A stretch of DNA of 64,000 nucleotides from Novosphingobium sp. (GTDB taxonomy: Bacteria; Pseudomonadota; Alphaproteobacteria; Sphingomonadales; Sphingomonadaceae). Position numbers and translations under genes: made by a program. Positions 1-9,392 of this stretch are shown piece by piece; the first letter of the stretch is position 1; each line of letters starts with the position of its first letter. The notes under the pieces were generated by a model, which worked only from the letters and a program-made list of their open reading frames with translations, did not search any database and was not told the DNA's origin. The stretch spans positions 728 through 64,727 of the forward strand of contig JANLOZ010000257.1 of the NCBI GenBank assembly GCA_031366845.1, in the 5' to 3' direction.

Positions 1-248
1 TCTGATTGCGAGGGGTCTGATAGCGCGGGGCCGGGCTGCGCGGCAGGGTCGGCCGGTTCAGGGGAATTCTGGCTGGGGGTTGAGCCGTATAGAAAGTCCG
101 GGCCAACGGTCTGCGCAGCGGCTGCGACTTGCGACATATGGGGCGCGCTGGCCTTGGCGGCAGCGGGGGAACCTTGGGTCGAGAAAAGTGTTAGTGACAA
201 TGTGGCTGCCAGGGCGATGGTCCCGGCGATATCAAGTTTGCGGCTCAT
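1..248 (-). CDS. 5' part of a secreted protein, possibly a SleB-family cell wall hydrolase (runs off the window edge)
   Basis: ATG at 248 opens a frame MSRKLDIAGTIALAATLSLTLFSTQGSPAAAKA... with no stop to position 1. It has a signal-peptide-like N-terminus and an Ala/Pro-rich linker. The product guess rests only on recalled synteny with DUF1491 genes; the catalytic domain is outside the window. Confidence 0.45.
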   Translation of the reverse strand, partial: MSRKLDIAGTIALAATLSLTLFSTQGSPAAAKASAPHMSQVAAAAQTVGPDFLYGSTPSQNSPEPADPAAQPGPALSDPSQS

Positions 249-448
249 TATTCATCATTTCGAGTGCGGTGAGCGCGTCCGCACGGGGCTTGGTGTTTAC
301 GATTACGGGCCGGTTGCCCCACAATCGCAGATACCGGAAAAACCCGCCGACTGCCCCCCGTCTGCGTGCAGGTCCCAAAGCCTAAGTGCTTTGAATGGCC
401 TGCCTGCGCATCAAGTTGGCGGCCAATTGGTTGTGCAGCGCGGCAAAG

Positions 449-793
449 TCAACCCGTAGAACCTGTCAATCCGATGAACCGTTCCGCCTCCGGGACGTCC
501 AGTTCGACTATCCACAAGTCAGAATCCTGGCTCTGGCGGCGCGCCAGCCAATCGCGCCACTGGTCTGATCGGCCATCTTCGCAACCGCGCACAGGCTCCC
601 ATTGCCGCTCGCCATTGGCCTGCGGCATGCGCTCATAGGCGTGAAAATTCGCGCCTTTGGAAGAGGTTATGACCATTATTGTACCGGCGTCTGCCTCGCC
701 CTTGGCGAGCACCGTGGCGAATCCGCCTTGCGCATTTACCCGGCGGACGAGGCCTGAAACCTCAATGTGGGCGGGCAGCCGCGCTTCGCTCAT
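449..793 (-). CDS. DUF1491 family protein
   Basis: MSEARLPAHIEVSGLVRRVNAQGGFATVLAKGEADAG...DSDLWIVELD is typical of DUF1491. Start trimmed to the ATG at 793. Confidence 0.85.
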   Translation of the reverse strand: MSEARLPAHIEVSGLVRRVNAQGGFATVLAKGEADAGTIMVITSSKGANFHAYERMPQANGERQWEPVRGCEDGRSDQWRDWLARRQSQDSDLWIVELDVPEAERFIGLTGSTG

Positions 794-1287
794 ACCGCAC
801 GGTAGCCAGCGAGGCCCGACAGCGCGATGCGTGAGCGCATGAAAGTGCCGGTGCCGCGGCCGATTTCCTCGCCATCGGCATCGATCAACCGGCTTTCCGC
901 CACCAGCACCCGGCGGCGGCCAGAGACCCATTTGCCTTCAGCCGTGATCCGCCCCTTCTTTACCGGGCGGACGAAATGCATGTTGAACGAAGTGGTCAGC
1001 AGGAACTTGTCCGTCACCAGGGTGTTCGCCGCATAAAACGCGGCATCGTCGAGCATCTTGAAATAGATCGTTCCATGCGCCGCACCGGCGGCGTGATAGT
1101 GGCGCGGATCAACATCGAAGGCGATCCGCGCGTGGCCCTCGTCAATAATTGTCAGCTGCGAGGAGAAAAGCGCGTTGATCGGCGCCGACTTGTAAAGCGA
1201 TTCAAGCGCGCGCCAGTGCAGCGACGCACCGGCATCGCCATTGGCCCCGCCAGCCAGCGCTTCAGGCAGCGTCGCGATCAATGACAT
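790..1287 (-). CDS. PaaI family (hotdog-fold) thioesterase
   Basis: HAAGAAHGTIYFKMLDDAAFYAA and LLTTSFN motifs. Start uncertain because it overlaps the ptsN end. Confidence 0.85.
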   Translation of the reverse strand: MSLIATLPEALAGGANGDAGASLHWRALESLYKSAPINALFSSQLTIIDEGHARIAFDVDPRHYHAAGAAHGTIYFKMLDDAAFYAANTLVTDKFLLTTSFNMHFVRPVKKGRITAEGKWVSGRRRVLVAESRLIDADGEEIGRGTGTFMRSRIALSGLAGYRAV

Positions 1288-1723
1288 TGCTGAGCAGGCC
1301 GAAAATTGCCTCGCTTCCGGGAGCCTGGCGCAGCGACTGCTGCATCGCCTCATCACGCATCAGCCGCGATATTGCCGCCAGTGCCTGCAAATGCGCCGCG
1401 CCAGCCGATTCAGGCGAAAGCAGGCCAAACACCAGATCAACCGGCATGCCGTCTGCCGAATCGAAAGCGACTGGCGCATCGAGCCGCAGAATTGCTGCGA
1501 CCGGCCGCGAAAGACCTTCGATGCGCGCATGCGGAATGGCAACACCGCGGCCAAACCCGGTGCTGCCCAGCCGCTCACGTTCCTCAATCCGTTCCAGAAC
1601 ATGCGCCGCGTCGAGCCCATAGGCACCGCTGAACCGCTCGGCGAGCAGATCAAGGATCGCCGCCTTGGAGGTGACCGCACCGATCCCGACCGCTTCGGGC
1701 AAAAGGACAAAATTGGGGTTCAT
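1262..1723 (-). CDS. ptsN: PTS EIIA-Ntr nitrogen regulatory protein
   Basis: ERERLGSTGFGRGVAIPHAR phospho-His motif, DGMPVDLVFGLLSP, and position downstream of hpf. Confidence 0.93.
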   Translation of the reverse strand: MNPNFVLLPEAVGIGAVTSKAAILDLLAERFSGAYGLDAAHVLERIEERERLGSTGFGRGVAIPHARIEGLSRPVAAILRLDAPVAFDSADGMPVDLVFGLLSPESAGAAHLQALAAISRLMRDEAMQQSLRQAPGSEAIFGLLSNVIDRDAA

Positions 1724-1840
1724 GGTATCGACTATTGCCCGCCCTTTAATTCCGCGGCCCGGCCAACAACCCAAGCCCGCAGCGAATCACGCCTTAACCC
1801 AATGCCTCCAACATTTTGGAAAAGCGCAATATTTTGCACA

Positions 1841-2407
1841 TCAGGATGGTTCGACCCAGCCGATCGATCCATCGCCGCGGCGGTAAACCATATTATGTTT
1901 CCCAGTGCCAGCGTTTTTGAACAGCAAGGCATTGGTGTTGCGCAGATCGAGCATCATCACGGCATCGGAAACCGTCGCGGTGGGCACATCGACCCGGGTT
2001 TCGGCGATCACCAGCGGCGCGTCGGCGGCGATCTCATCGGCTTCGGGCTCGGGCTCGGCAAAGACGACATAGGCTGCGTCTTCCTCTTGCCGGGCGTGCG
2101 CCGAGGCTTCCTTGCGATCTTTCAGCCGGCGCTTGTAACGGCGCAGCTGCTTGTCGATTTTTTCCGAAGCCTGATCGAGCGCGATGTGGGCATCGCTGGC
2201 ACTTGCCGCGCCTTTGAGGATAAGTCCGTGCATCACATGGGTGACGATATCGCAGCTGAAGGCGCCGGCAGGCGCTTTGCCAAAGGTCACGTGGCTGGAG
2301 AGGGCGTTGCTGAAATATTTTCCGACAATGCCGCTGAGTCGCTCGTTAGCATGGGTCTGAAGGGCTTCGCCGGTTGCCATCTGATGACCTGAGACGCGGA
2401 TATCCAT
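1841..2407 (-). CDS. hpf: ribosome hibernation promoting factor (long HPF)
   Basis: MDIRVSGHQ...KIDKQLRRYKRRLKD plus the C-terminal AVMMLDL...MVYRRGDGSIGWVEP dimerisation domain. Confidence 0.93.
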   Translation of the reverse strand: MDIRVSGHQMATGEALQTHANERLSGIVGKYFSNALSSHVTFGKAPAGAFSCDIVTHVMHGLILKGAASASDAHIALDQASEKIDKQLRRYKRRLKDRKEASAHARQEEDAAYVVFAEPEPEADEIAADAPLVIAETRVDVPTATVSDAVMMLDLRNTNALLFKNAGTGKHNMVYRRGDGSIGWVEPS

Positions 2408-2438
2408 GCAGTACTTCTCCTGTGCTAGGCGCTTGCCT

Positions 2439-3125
2439 TCAGGTGTTACCCCATAGCGGCGAAGCGATTTTGCCCACAAATTCGGCGTGGGCGGCCAGTT
2501 CTTCCGCGCTCGCCCTGTGCGGACGAGCGGGACGCAATGGGCGAGTGCGGATCAGGGTTGAAACGACTGAGATCACACTTTCGTTCCGGTTAGCTGCAAG
2601 TTCGAGGCCGATCTGGCGGCCGCCGGTGAGCTCGACGTAAACCTGCGCGAGCAATTCGGCATCGAGCAGCGCCCCATGTTTGGTTCGGTGGCTGCGATCA
2701 ATCCCGTAACGCGTGCACAGCGCATCGAGCGAATTCTTGGCCCCCGGGTGCCGCATTCGCGCCATTGCCACAGTATCAATCGTGCGCTCGCGCGGCAGCG
2801 CATCGAGCCCGCAATTGCCGAGCTCCATGTTGAGGAAGCCGAGATCAAACCCGGCATTGTGCGCCACCAAAGGCGAATCGCCGATGAATTCGAGGAATTG
2901 ATCGACCAGTTCAACAAACTTCGGTTTGTCCGACAGGAACGTTGCCGAAAGCCCGTGCACCGCCTCCGCCTGCGGCGGCATATCGCGTTCGGGGTTGAAA
3001 TAGGCGTGAAAAGTTTCGCCGGTCGAAACCCGGTTGACCATCTCGATACAGCCAATTTCAACCATCCGATCACCGCTGTTCGGATCGAGTCCGGTGGTTT
3101 CGGTGTCGAAGATAATTTCGCGCAT
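2439..3125 (-). CDS. dnaQ: DNA polymerase III epsilon subunit
   Basis: IIFDTETTG (ExoI), VAHNAGFD (ExoII) and HGALLDA (ExoIII) motifs. Confidence 0.96.
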   Translation of the reverse strand: MREIIFDTETTGLDPNSGDRMVEIGCIEMVNRVSTGETFHAYFNPERDMPPQAEAVHGLSATFLSDKPKFVELVDQFLEFIGDSPLVAHNAGFDLGFLNMELGNCGLDALPRERTIDTVAMARMRHPGAKNSLDALCTRYGIDRSHRTKHGALLDAELLAQVYVELTGGRQIGLELAANRNESVISVVSTLIRTRPLRPARPHRASAEELAAHAEFVGKIASPLWGNT

Positions 3126-3176
3126 TGTCCCGATGATATCTGCCTCTCACCGCCGCCGCGCAAGGGGGTTCGCGGT

Positions 3177-3773
3177 TTATTTGTTTTGGGCAATCTCGCG
3201 CACAAGGCGCGCCACTGCCTGGGCGGTTTCAGCGAGCGCGCTGCCGGTATCGATCACGTGGTCGGCGCGCGCGCGTTTCTCGGCGTCGGGAACCTGCAGC
3301 GCGAGGATCTGCGCGAATTTTTCCGCGCTCATGCCGGGCCGCGCGAGCACCCGCGCGCGCTGTGCCTCGGCGCCCGCCGAGACCACGACAACCGCATCAA
3401 CCCCGGCTTGGCCGCCCTTTTCGAACAGCAGCGGGATGTCAAAAACGACAAGCGGTGCGCCTGAATTGTCGGCGAGGAATTGCTTGCGCATCGCTGCGAC
3501 TGCGGGATGAACAATCGCTTCGAGCTTGGCGAGCTTGGCCTTGTCGCCAAACACCGCCGCTCCCAGCCTGGGCCGATCAACACCTTTTTTGCTGGTGGTG
3601 CCGGGAAACACCGCTTCGATTTCACGCAGCAGTGCACCGCCCGGACCCTGCAAAACATGCACCGCAGCATCGGCATCGAACACCGGCACGCCGAGATCGC
3701 CAAACATCGCCGCGACTGCCGATTTTCCCATGCCGATCGAGCCGGTTAACCCCAGGATGAAGGGCTTGGTCAT
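3177..3773 (-). CDS. coaE: dephospho-CoA kinase
   Basis: [13 protein letters not shown]-loop, LEAIVHP and DIPLLFE motifs. Confidence 0.95.
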   Translation of the reverse strand: MTKPFILGLTGSIGMGKSAVAAMFGDLGVPVFDADAAVHVLQGPGGALLREIEAVFPGTTSKKGVDRPRLGAAVFGDKAKLAKLEAIVHPAVAAMRKQFLADNSGAPLVVFDIPLLFEKGGQAGVDAVVVVSAGAEAQRARVLARPGMSAEKFAQILALQVPDAEKRARADHVIDTGSALAETAQAVARLVREIAQNK

Positions 3774-4651
3774 GGGTTAAGCAGCGCGCGCAGTTCGGCG
3801 TCGTGCTGGCGCGGCGCAGGTGCGCCAAAGAATTTCGCGAACGCCTTTGCTGCCTGGCCGACCAGCATGGCGTATCCGTCTATGACTGCAAAGCCGCGGC
3901 GGCGGGCTTCTGCCAGCATCGGCGTTTCGGCTGGGTGGGTGACAATGTCATAAAAAACACTGCCTGGAGGAACGTGGCTGAAATCGAGTGCCAGCGGCGG
4001 CTGCCCCGCCATTCCGAGCGGGCTGGCGTTGACGATCAGGTCAATTATGCCTTGACGATCATCAAACACGAAGTCGGTGGCGCTGGCAAAATGGGCGAGC
4101 GATATTGCATGATCCTCTCGCCCCGGCACCAGTTCATCAAGCAGCGCCTGCGCCTTGGTGGGATCCCTTGCTGCCAGCACCAGGGTAAACCCGGCATCCG
4201 CCAGCGCCACGACGATGGCCCGCGCCGCGCCGCCAGCCCCGAATATGCGCGCCATGCGATAGAGGCTGGGCTGGCCGAGCACGTCTGACAGCGGTTCGAT
4301 AAACCCGCCAGCGTCGGTATTATGCCCCGCAAGCAATCCCGCTTCGCCGCACACCACCGTATTTACCGCAGCAATCCGCAATGCGAGCGGATCGGTTGCA
4401 TCGAGCAGCGGCATCACCGCTTGTTTGTGCGGCATGGTGACATTGCACCCCCGCCACTGCGCATCTGTGCGTCGCTGCGCGAAATAATCGGCCAGTTCCT
4501 CCGGGCGAATGTGGGTGGCGCGGTATTCGGCATCAATCCCGAGCTTGCCCAGCCAGAAATTGTGGATCAGCGGCGATTTCGACTGGGCAATGGGATCGCC
4601 GATTACTTCTGCATAGGCTTTTCCTGAGCCTTGCCGCAGGGGTCTGCTCAT
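3770..4651 (-). CDS. aroE: shikimate dehydrogenase
   Basis: [29 protein letters not shown] and GAGGAARA motifs. Start trimmed to the ATG at 4651, which overlaps the maf stop. Confidence 0.95.
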   Translation of the reverse strand: MSRPLRQGSGKAYAEVIGDPIAQSKSPLIHNFWLGKLGIDAEYRATHIRPEELADYFAQRRTDAQWRGCNVTMPHKQAVMPLLDATDPLALRIAAVNTVVCGEAGLLAGHNTDAGGFIEPLSDVLGQPSLYRMARIFGAGGAARAIVVALADAGFTLVLAARDPTKAQALLDELVPGREDHAISLAHFASATDFVFDDRQGIIDLIVNASPLGMAGQPPLALDFSHVPPGSVFYDIVTHPAETPMLAEARRRGFAVIDGYAMLVGQAAKAFAKFFGAPAPRQHDAELRALLNP

Positions 4652-5232
4652 TGCGGCAATCCTCCAAGTTCGCGCAGCGCGGCGAGCACAGACAGCAAGG
4701 GCATTCCCAGTACGGTGAATTGGTCGCCATCGATCGCTTCGAACAATTGCACCCCGCGCGCCTCGATCCGGAAAACCCCGACGCAAGCCCCCACGGCAGG
4801 CCATTCGTGCGCGAGGTAATCGGCAAGGAAAGTCTCGCTCAAGCTGCGCACCCGCAACGCCGCCAAATCGCCTTGCTGCCACAGCACCGCGCCATCACGC
4901 GCCAGCGCCGCCGCTGAATGAAGGTGCATCGTCTTGCCCGAAAAGAACCGCAGGTGGTCGGCGGCGTCGTCGCGGCTGGCGGGCTTGTCAAAGCGGCGGC
5001 CATCAACCTCAACCACACTGTCGCTCCCCAGCACCAGCGAACCGGGACTTTGCGCGCTCACCGCAAGCGCCTTTGCCGCCGCCAAGGCCAGGGCAATTTC
5101 CCCAGCAGCAGCACCATTCATCGCCGCCTCGATCGCGCGCTCATCAACCTTGGCAGGCCGCGCAACAAACGCCACCCCCGCCGCCTCGAGCATCGCCTTG
5201 CGCGAAGCGCTCTGCGAGGCGAGCACCAGCAT
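4648..5232 (-). CDS. maf: Maf family nucleoside-triphosphate pyrophosphatase
   Basis: [27 protein letters not shown] and TVLGMPL motifs. Confidence 0.92.
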   Translation of the reverse strand: MLVLASQSASRKAMLEAAGVAFVARPAKVDERAIEAAMNGAAAGEIALALAAAKALAVSAQSPGSLVLGSDSVVEVDGRRFDKPASRDDAADHLRFFSGKTMHLHSAAALARDGAVLWQQGDLAALRVRSLSETFLADYLAHEWPAVGACVGVFRIEARGVQLFEAIDGDQFTVLGMPLLSVLAALRELGGLPQ

Positions 5233-6062
5233 CAGCCCGCTTCCCCCCCCGATGTCCCGCGCGCCTCGTTATACAAATTTATCACCGCCGCCGCCGTCTC
5301 TTCGATCGAGCGGCGGGTGACGTCGATCACCGGCCAGTCATTATCGGCGAACATGCGGCGGGCATATTGCAGTTCCTGCGCCACCTCGCCCGAATCGACA
5401 TAGGCGGTCTCAGGCGCCTGATTGAGTGACAGCAGCCGGTTGCGCCGCACCTGAATCAGCCGGTCGGCAGCCGTTGTCAGCCCAACGATAAACGGTTGCT
5501 TGAGTCCAAACAGCAGGGGCGGCGGCGGGCTTAGGGGGACGATCGGAATGTTCGCCACCTTGTACCCACGGTTGGCGAGATAGATCGAGGTCGGGGTTTT
5601 TGACGTGCGCGAGACCCCGGCAAGCACGATGTCCGCCTCCTCCCAATCTTCCCAGGCTACGCCATCATCGTGCGCAATGGTGAAGTGAATCGCATCGACG
5701 CGCTTGAAATAGGCCTCGTCCATCATGTGCTGGCGGCCGGGGCGAGCCTTTGCCGTCACCCCGAGCAGATCCTCGAGCACCACGGTCACCGCATCGAGCG
5801 CATCGACCATCGGCAGCGCCAGAGCGCGGCAACGTTCCTCGAGCCGCGTGCGGATATCGGCGTTGACCAGCGTGAACAGCACCAGCCCCGGATGCGCGGC
5901 GATTTCGCCCAGCACCCGGTCGAGGTGTTGCTGCGATCGCACCATTGGCCAAAAATGGCGGTGGACATCTGCGCCTTCGAACTGGGCAAGCGCAGCCTTG
6001 GCGATCATCTCGAGCGTCTCGCCGGTCGAATCCGACAGCATGTGGAGGTGAAGGCGGGTCAT
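5232..6062 (-). CDS. pyruvate phosphate dikinase / PEP synthase regulatory protein (PSRP, DUF299)
   Basis: [20 protein letters not shown] and [18 protein letters not shown] motifs. Start set at the ATG at 6062. Confidence 0.93.
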   Translation of the reverse strand: MTRLHLHMLSDSTGETLEMIAKAALAQFEGADVHRHFWPMVRSQQHLDRVLGEIAAHPGLVLFTLVNADIRTRLEERCRALALPMVDALDAVTVVLEDLLGVTAKARPGRQHMMDEAYFKRVDAIHFTIAHDDGVAWEDWEEADIVLAGVSRTSKTPTSIYLANRGYKVANIPIVPLSPPPPLLFGLKQPFIVGLTTAADRLIQVRRNRLLSLNQAPETAYVDSGEVAQELQYARRMFADNDWPVIDVTRRSIEETAAAVINLYNEARGTSGGEAG

Positions 6063-6379
6063 GAGCGGGGCGGGTCGATCCTGTGGATAGGCATCCGCAT
6101 AAACCACGGGACAAGCCCGGTGACAACTTTGGCCGCCGATTCCACCCCCGCTGCCAGTATAATGCTGCAAGCCTTGTCGACATGGGGACAACGATTTCCA
6201 CAGGCCCGAGGTTGCGGGGATAAGTCTTGCTTGACGCGCAGCCCCACGGAGTCGGGCACCGCGCCCCCCTGTTCATCGCGGGACAATTCAGGCAAGGGCG
6301 CGTCATCCCCGCTATCCACAGACCAACAACTATCAACATCCTTATATAAATCTTTTTATTTATTAGCTTGAGAGGCGCG
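6063..6379. other. chromosomal replication origin (oriC) candidate
   Basis: Intergenic PSRP/hemE position, as for Caulobacter Cori. Inverted DnaA boxes TGTGGATAG (6082-6090) and CTATCCACA (6312-6320); weaker boxes ATTTCCACA (6194-6202), CGGGGATAA (6215-6223) and TCATCCCCG (6303-6311); AT-rich tract 6341-6366; GANTC at 6138 and 6249. Flanking genes point away on both sides and parS sites lie 6.5-9 kb away. Confidence 0.88.
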
Positions 6380-7408
6380 ATGCCCGGACTTCTTCTCGAT
6401 ACCTTGCGCGGTTCCAATGGCGGCCAGCGGCCAATCTGGCTCATGCGCCAGGCGGGGCGATATCTACCCGAATACAGAGCCTTACGCGCAGAAAAAGGCG
6501 GTTTTCTGGCGCTGGTTTACGATAGTGAAGCCGCGGCTGAGATTACCCTGCAACCGATCCGGCGGTTCGGGTTTGATGGTGCGATCCTGTTTTCGGACAT
6601 CCTGATCGTGCCGCACGCGATGGGGCAGGATCTCGAGTTTCTGGCGGGCGAAGGTCCGCGGCTTTCACCCCGGCTGATCGATGCCACGCTGGCCTCGCTC
6701 GCGCGGGTGCCATCGCGGCTCGATCCGATCTATGAAACGGTGAAGCGGGTGCGCGCCGGGCTGGGGCCTGATCGCACGCTGCTCGGCTTTGCTGGCAGCC
6801 CGTGGACCGTGGCGACCTACATGGTGGCCGGCGAAGGCAGCCGCGATCAGCACGAGACGCGCGCTTTTGCCTATCGCGATCCGGGAGCGTTTCAGGCGAT
6901 CATTGATGCCATTGTCGAGGCGACCGTCGATTACCTCGCCCGGCAGGCAGCGGCAGGGGCCGAGGCGGTGCAGTTATTCGATTCGTGGTCAGGCAGTCTG
7001 GCTCCGGCTGAGTTCGAGCGCTGGGTGATCGCGCCCAATGCGGGAATCGTTGCGGCGCTGCGGCAGCGCTGCCCCGGGCTGACGGTGATCGGCTTCCCCA
7101 AGGGCGCTGGTGCGAAATTGCCGGCCTATGTGCGCGAGACCGGGGTGCATGCCGTGGCGCTCGATGAGACCGTCGATCCGCTGTGGGCGGCCGCTGCCTT
7201 GCCAGCGGGTCTGCCCGTGCAGGGGAACCTCGACCCCTTACTGCTTGAGGCGGGCACCGACGCGCTCGAAAAGCAGACGCTGCGCATTCTCGATGCCTTC
7301 GCTGCGCGTCCGCATGTGTTCAATCTTGGCCATGGTATCGGCCAGTTCACGCCCGTAGAACATGTCGAACGGTTGTTGGCTGTGGTCAGAGGCTGGCACA
7401 AAGGTTAG
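6380..7408 (+). CDS. hemE: uroporphyrinogen decarboxylase
   Basis: PIWLMRQAGRYLPEYR, AILFSDIL, LLGFAGSPWT and FNLGHGI motifs. Confidence 0.97.
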   Translation: MPGLLLDTLRGSNGGQRPIWLMRQAGRYLPEYRALRAEKGGFLALVYDSEAAAEITLQPIRRFGFDGAILFSDILIVPHAMGQDLEFLAGEGPRLSPRLIDATLASLARVPSRLDPIYETVKRVRAGLGPDRTLLGFAGSPWTVATYMVAGEGSRDQHETRAFAYRDPGAFQAIIDAIVEATVDYLARQAAAGAEAVQLFDSWSGSLAPAEFERWVIAPNAGIVAALRQRCPGLTVIGFPKGAGAKLPAYVRETGVHAVALDETVDPLWAAAALPAGLPVQGNLDPLLLEAGTDALEKQTLRILDAFAARPHVFNLGHGIGQFTPVEHVERLLAVVRGWHKG

Positions 7409-7430
7409 AAATGCGGCTGGAAATGCGGCT
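7408..7430 (+). repeat. short tandem duplication GAAATGCGGCT x2 (12-bp period)
   Basis: GAAATGCGGCT at 7408-7418 and 7420-7430, between hemE and hemJ. Confidence 0.8.
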
Positions 7431-7452
7431 AGTGACCGCCTAGATCAGACCG

Positions 7453-7896
7453 ATGCAGTGGATACTTTCGATGACCTATTACTGGCTGAAAGCCGGACAC
7501 ATCGTTTTCGTCATCTTCTGGATGGCCGGGCTGTTCATGCTGCCGCGCTATTTTGTTTATCATCAGGAATCCGAGCCCGGATCGCCTGAAAACGCGCGCT
7601 GGATTGCGCGGGAGGCCAAGCTGCTCAAGATCATCCTGTGGCCATCAATGGTCATGGTATGGGTTCTCGGGCTGGCCCTGGCGTTAAGCATTGGCGCGTT
7701 CAGCCAGGGCTGGTTCCATGCCAAGCTGGCACTGGTTCTGGCGCTGAGCGGTTATCACGTGTGGCTGGCGGGCTATGCCAGAGCCCTCGCGAGTGGTGAG
7801 CGGCGACTGACCGGCCGGAACTTGCGCCTGCTTAACGAGGTTCCGGGCGTTGCGGCGGCGCTGATTGTGGTGCTGGTGGTGATCAAGCCGTTTTGA
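7453..7896 (+). CDS. hemJ: protoporphyrinogen oxidase HemJ (CopD-like family)
   Basis: WLKAGHIVFVIFWMAGLFMLPR, WFHAKL and RLLNEVP motifs; follows hemE. Confidence 0.9.
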   Translation: MQWILSMTYYWLKAGHIVFVIFWMAGLFMLPRYFVYHQESEPGSPENARWIAREAKLLKIILWPSMVMVWVLGLALALSIGAFSQGWFHAKLALVLALSGYHVWLAGYARALASGERRLTGRNLRLLNEVPGVAAALIVVLVVIKPF

Positions 7897-7899
7897 ATT

Positions 7900-7992
7900 G
7901 CGTCATCGCTGGCTTGACCCGGGATCGATGGCCTCTCAGCTCAAGGTCAGGGTAGTACAGCCAGCGATCCGCGCATTTTGCGGCGATGACGC
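7900..7992. repeat. degenerate CGTC-type REP / miniature palindromic element
   Basis: 10-bp terminal inverted repeats GCGTCATCGC (7900-7909) and GCGATGACGC (7983-7992). The left end resembles the alphaproteobacterial CGTCATNGCCGGGCTTGACCCGG repeat. Confidence 0.55.
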
Positions 7993-7995
7993 TTG

Positions 7996-8024
7996 TTGAC
8001 TTCCCCAACCCCCGCGCATATTCT
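7996..8024 (+). promoter_or_regulatory. sigma70-type promoter of rho
   Basis: TTGACT (7996-8001) - 17 bp - TATTCT (8019-8024), about 95 nt upstream of the rho ATG. Confidence 0.65.
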
Positions 8025-8124
8025 GCGGCCCGTCGGGTATCTGGTCGCTTTGCGCGACCCGGTCTGCTTTCTCCAAGCCCTTTAGACCCACCGGCCAGCC
8101 AAAAATCATAACGGAAATACCAAA

Positions 8125-9381
8125 ATGCATTTGAAAGAACTGAAGAAAAAGAAACCTGCCGAGCTGGTCGCGATGGCCGAAGAGCTGGGTGTTGAGGGCG
8201 CGTCAACCATGCTGCGGCAGGATCTGATGTTCGCCATCCTCAAGGAAGAGGCCGAAGATGGCGAAGAGATTATGGGGCTCGGCACGATCGAGGTGATGCA
8301 GGACGGCTTCGGCTTTCTGCGCAGCCCGGAATCGAACTACCTTGCCGGCCCCGATGATATTTATGTCTCGCCGAACCAGGTCCGCAAATGGGGCCTGCGC
8401 ACCGGCGACACGGTTGAAGGCGAAATCCGCGCGCCCAAAGATGGCGAGCGATATTTTGCGATCAACAAGCTGACCTCGGTCAATTTTGATGATCCCGAAG
8501 CCGTGCGCCACCGGGTCAATTTCGATAACCTGACCCCGCTCTATCCCGATCAGCGGCTCAATCTTGATTCGAGCGACCCGACGGTCAAGGACAAGTCCGC
8601 GCGCGTGATCGATCTGATCTCACCGCAAGGCAAAGGCCAGCGCGCGCTCATCGTCGCGCCGCCGCGTACCGGCAAAACCGTGCTGCTGCAGAACATCGCC
8701 AAGGCCATTACCGACAACCATCCCGAAGTGTTCCTGATCGTCCTGCTGGTTGATGAGCGGCCCGAGGAAGTCACCGACATGCAGCGCTCGGTGCGCGGCG
8801 AGGTGATCTCGTCCACCTTTGACGAGCCCGCCACGCGCCACGTCCAGGTTGCTGAAATGGTGATTGAAAAAGCCAAACGTCTGGTTGAGCACAAGAAGGA
8901 TGTCGTCATCCTGCTCGATTCGATCACGCGTCTCGGCCGTGCCTATAACACGGTGGTACCAAGCTCGGGCAAGGTGCTCACCGGCGGCGTCGATGCCAAT
9001 GCGCTGCAACGCCCGAAGCGCTTTTTCGGTGCGGCGCGAAACATCGAAGAGGGTGGATCGCTATCCATCATTGCCACCGCGCTGATCGATACCGGCAGCC
9101 GCATGGACGAGGTGATTTTCGAAGAATTCAAGGGCACCGGCAACTCTGAAATCGTGCTCGATCGCAAGGTTTCCGACAAGCGCATCTTCCCCGCTCTCGA
9201 CGTCGGCAAGTCCGGCACCCGCAAGGAAGAGCTGCTGGTTCCCAAGGATCAGCTGGCAAAAATGTGGGTCCTTCGCCGCATCCTGATGCAGATGGGCACG
9301 ATCGACGCGATGGAATTCCTGCTCGACAAGATGAAGGATTCCAAGAGCAACGAAGACTTCTTCGCAACGATGAATCAGTAG
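8125..9381 (+). CDS. rho: transcription termination factor Rho
   Basis: [24 protein letters not shown]-loop and [12 protein letters not shown] motifs. Confidence 0.99.
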   Translation: MHLKELKKKKPAELVAMAEELGVEGASTMLRQDLMFAILKEEAEDGEEIMGLGTIEVMQDGFGFLRSPESNYLAGPDDIYVSPNQVRKWGLRTGDTVEGEIRAPKDGERYFAINKLTSVNFDDPEAVRHRVNFDNLTPLYPDQRLNLDSSDPTVKDKSARVIDLISPQGKGQRALIVAPPRTGKTVLLQNIAKAITDNHPEVFLIVLLVDERPEEVTDMQRSVRGEVISSTFDEPATRHVQVAEMVIEKAKRLVEHKKDVVILLDSITRLGRAYNTVVPSSGKVLTGGVDANALQRPKRFFGAARNIEEGGSLSIIATALIDTGSRMDEVIFEEFKGTGNSEIVLDRKVSDKRIFPALDVGKSGTRKEELLVPKDQLAKMWVLRRILMQMGTIDAMEFLLDKMKDSKSNEDFFATMNQ

Positions 9382-9392
9382 GGCGAGGGGGC

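Noticed and set aside
1241-2392. 383-aa plus-strand ORF and many other long antisense ORFs (e.g. 11319-12167, 13268-14380, 21520-22593, 52843-53826)
   Set aside because: They are shadows of well-supported genes on the opposite strand in high-GC DNA and carry no family motifs.
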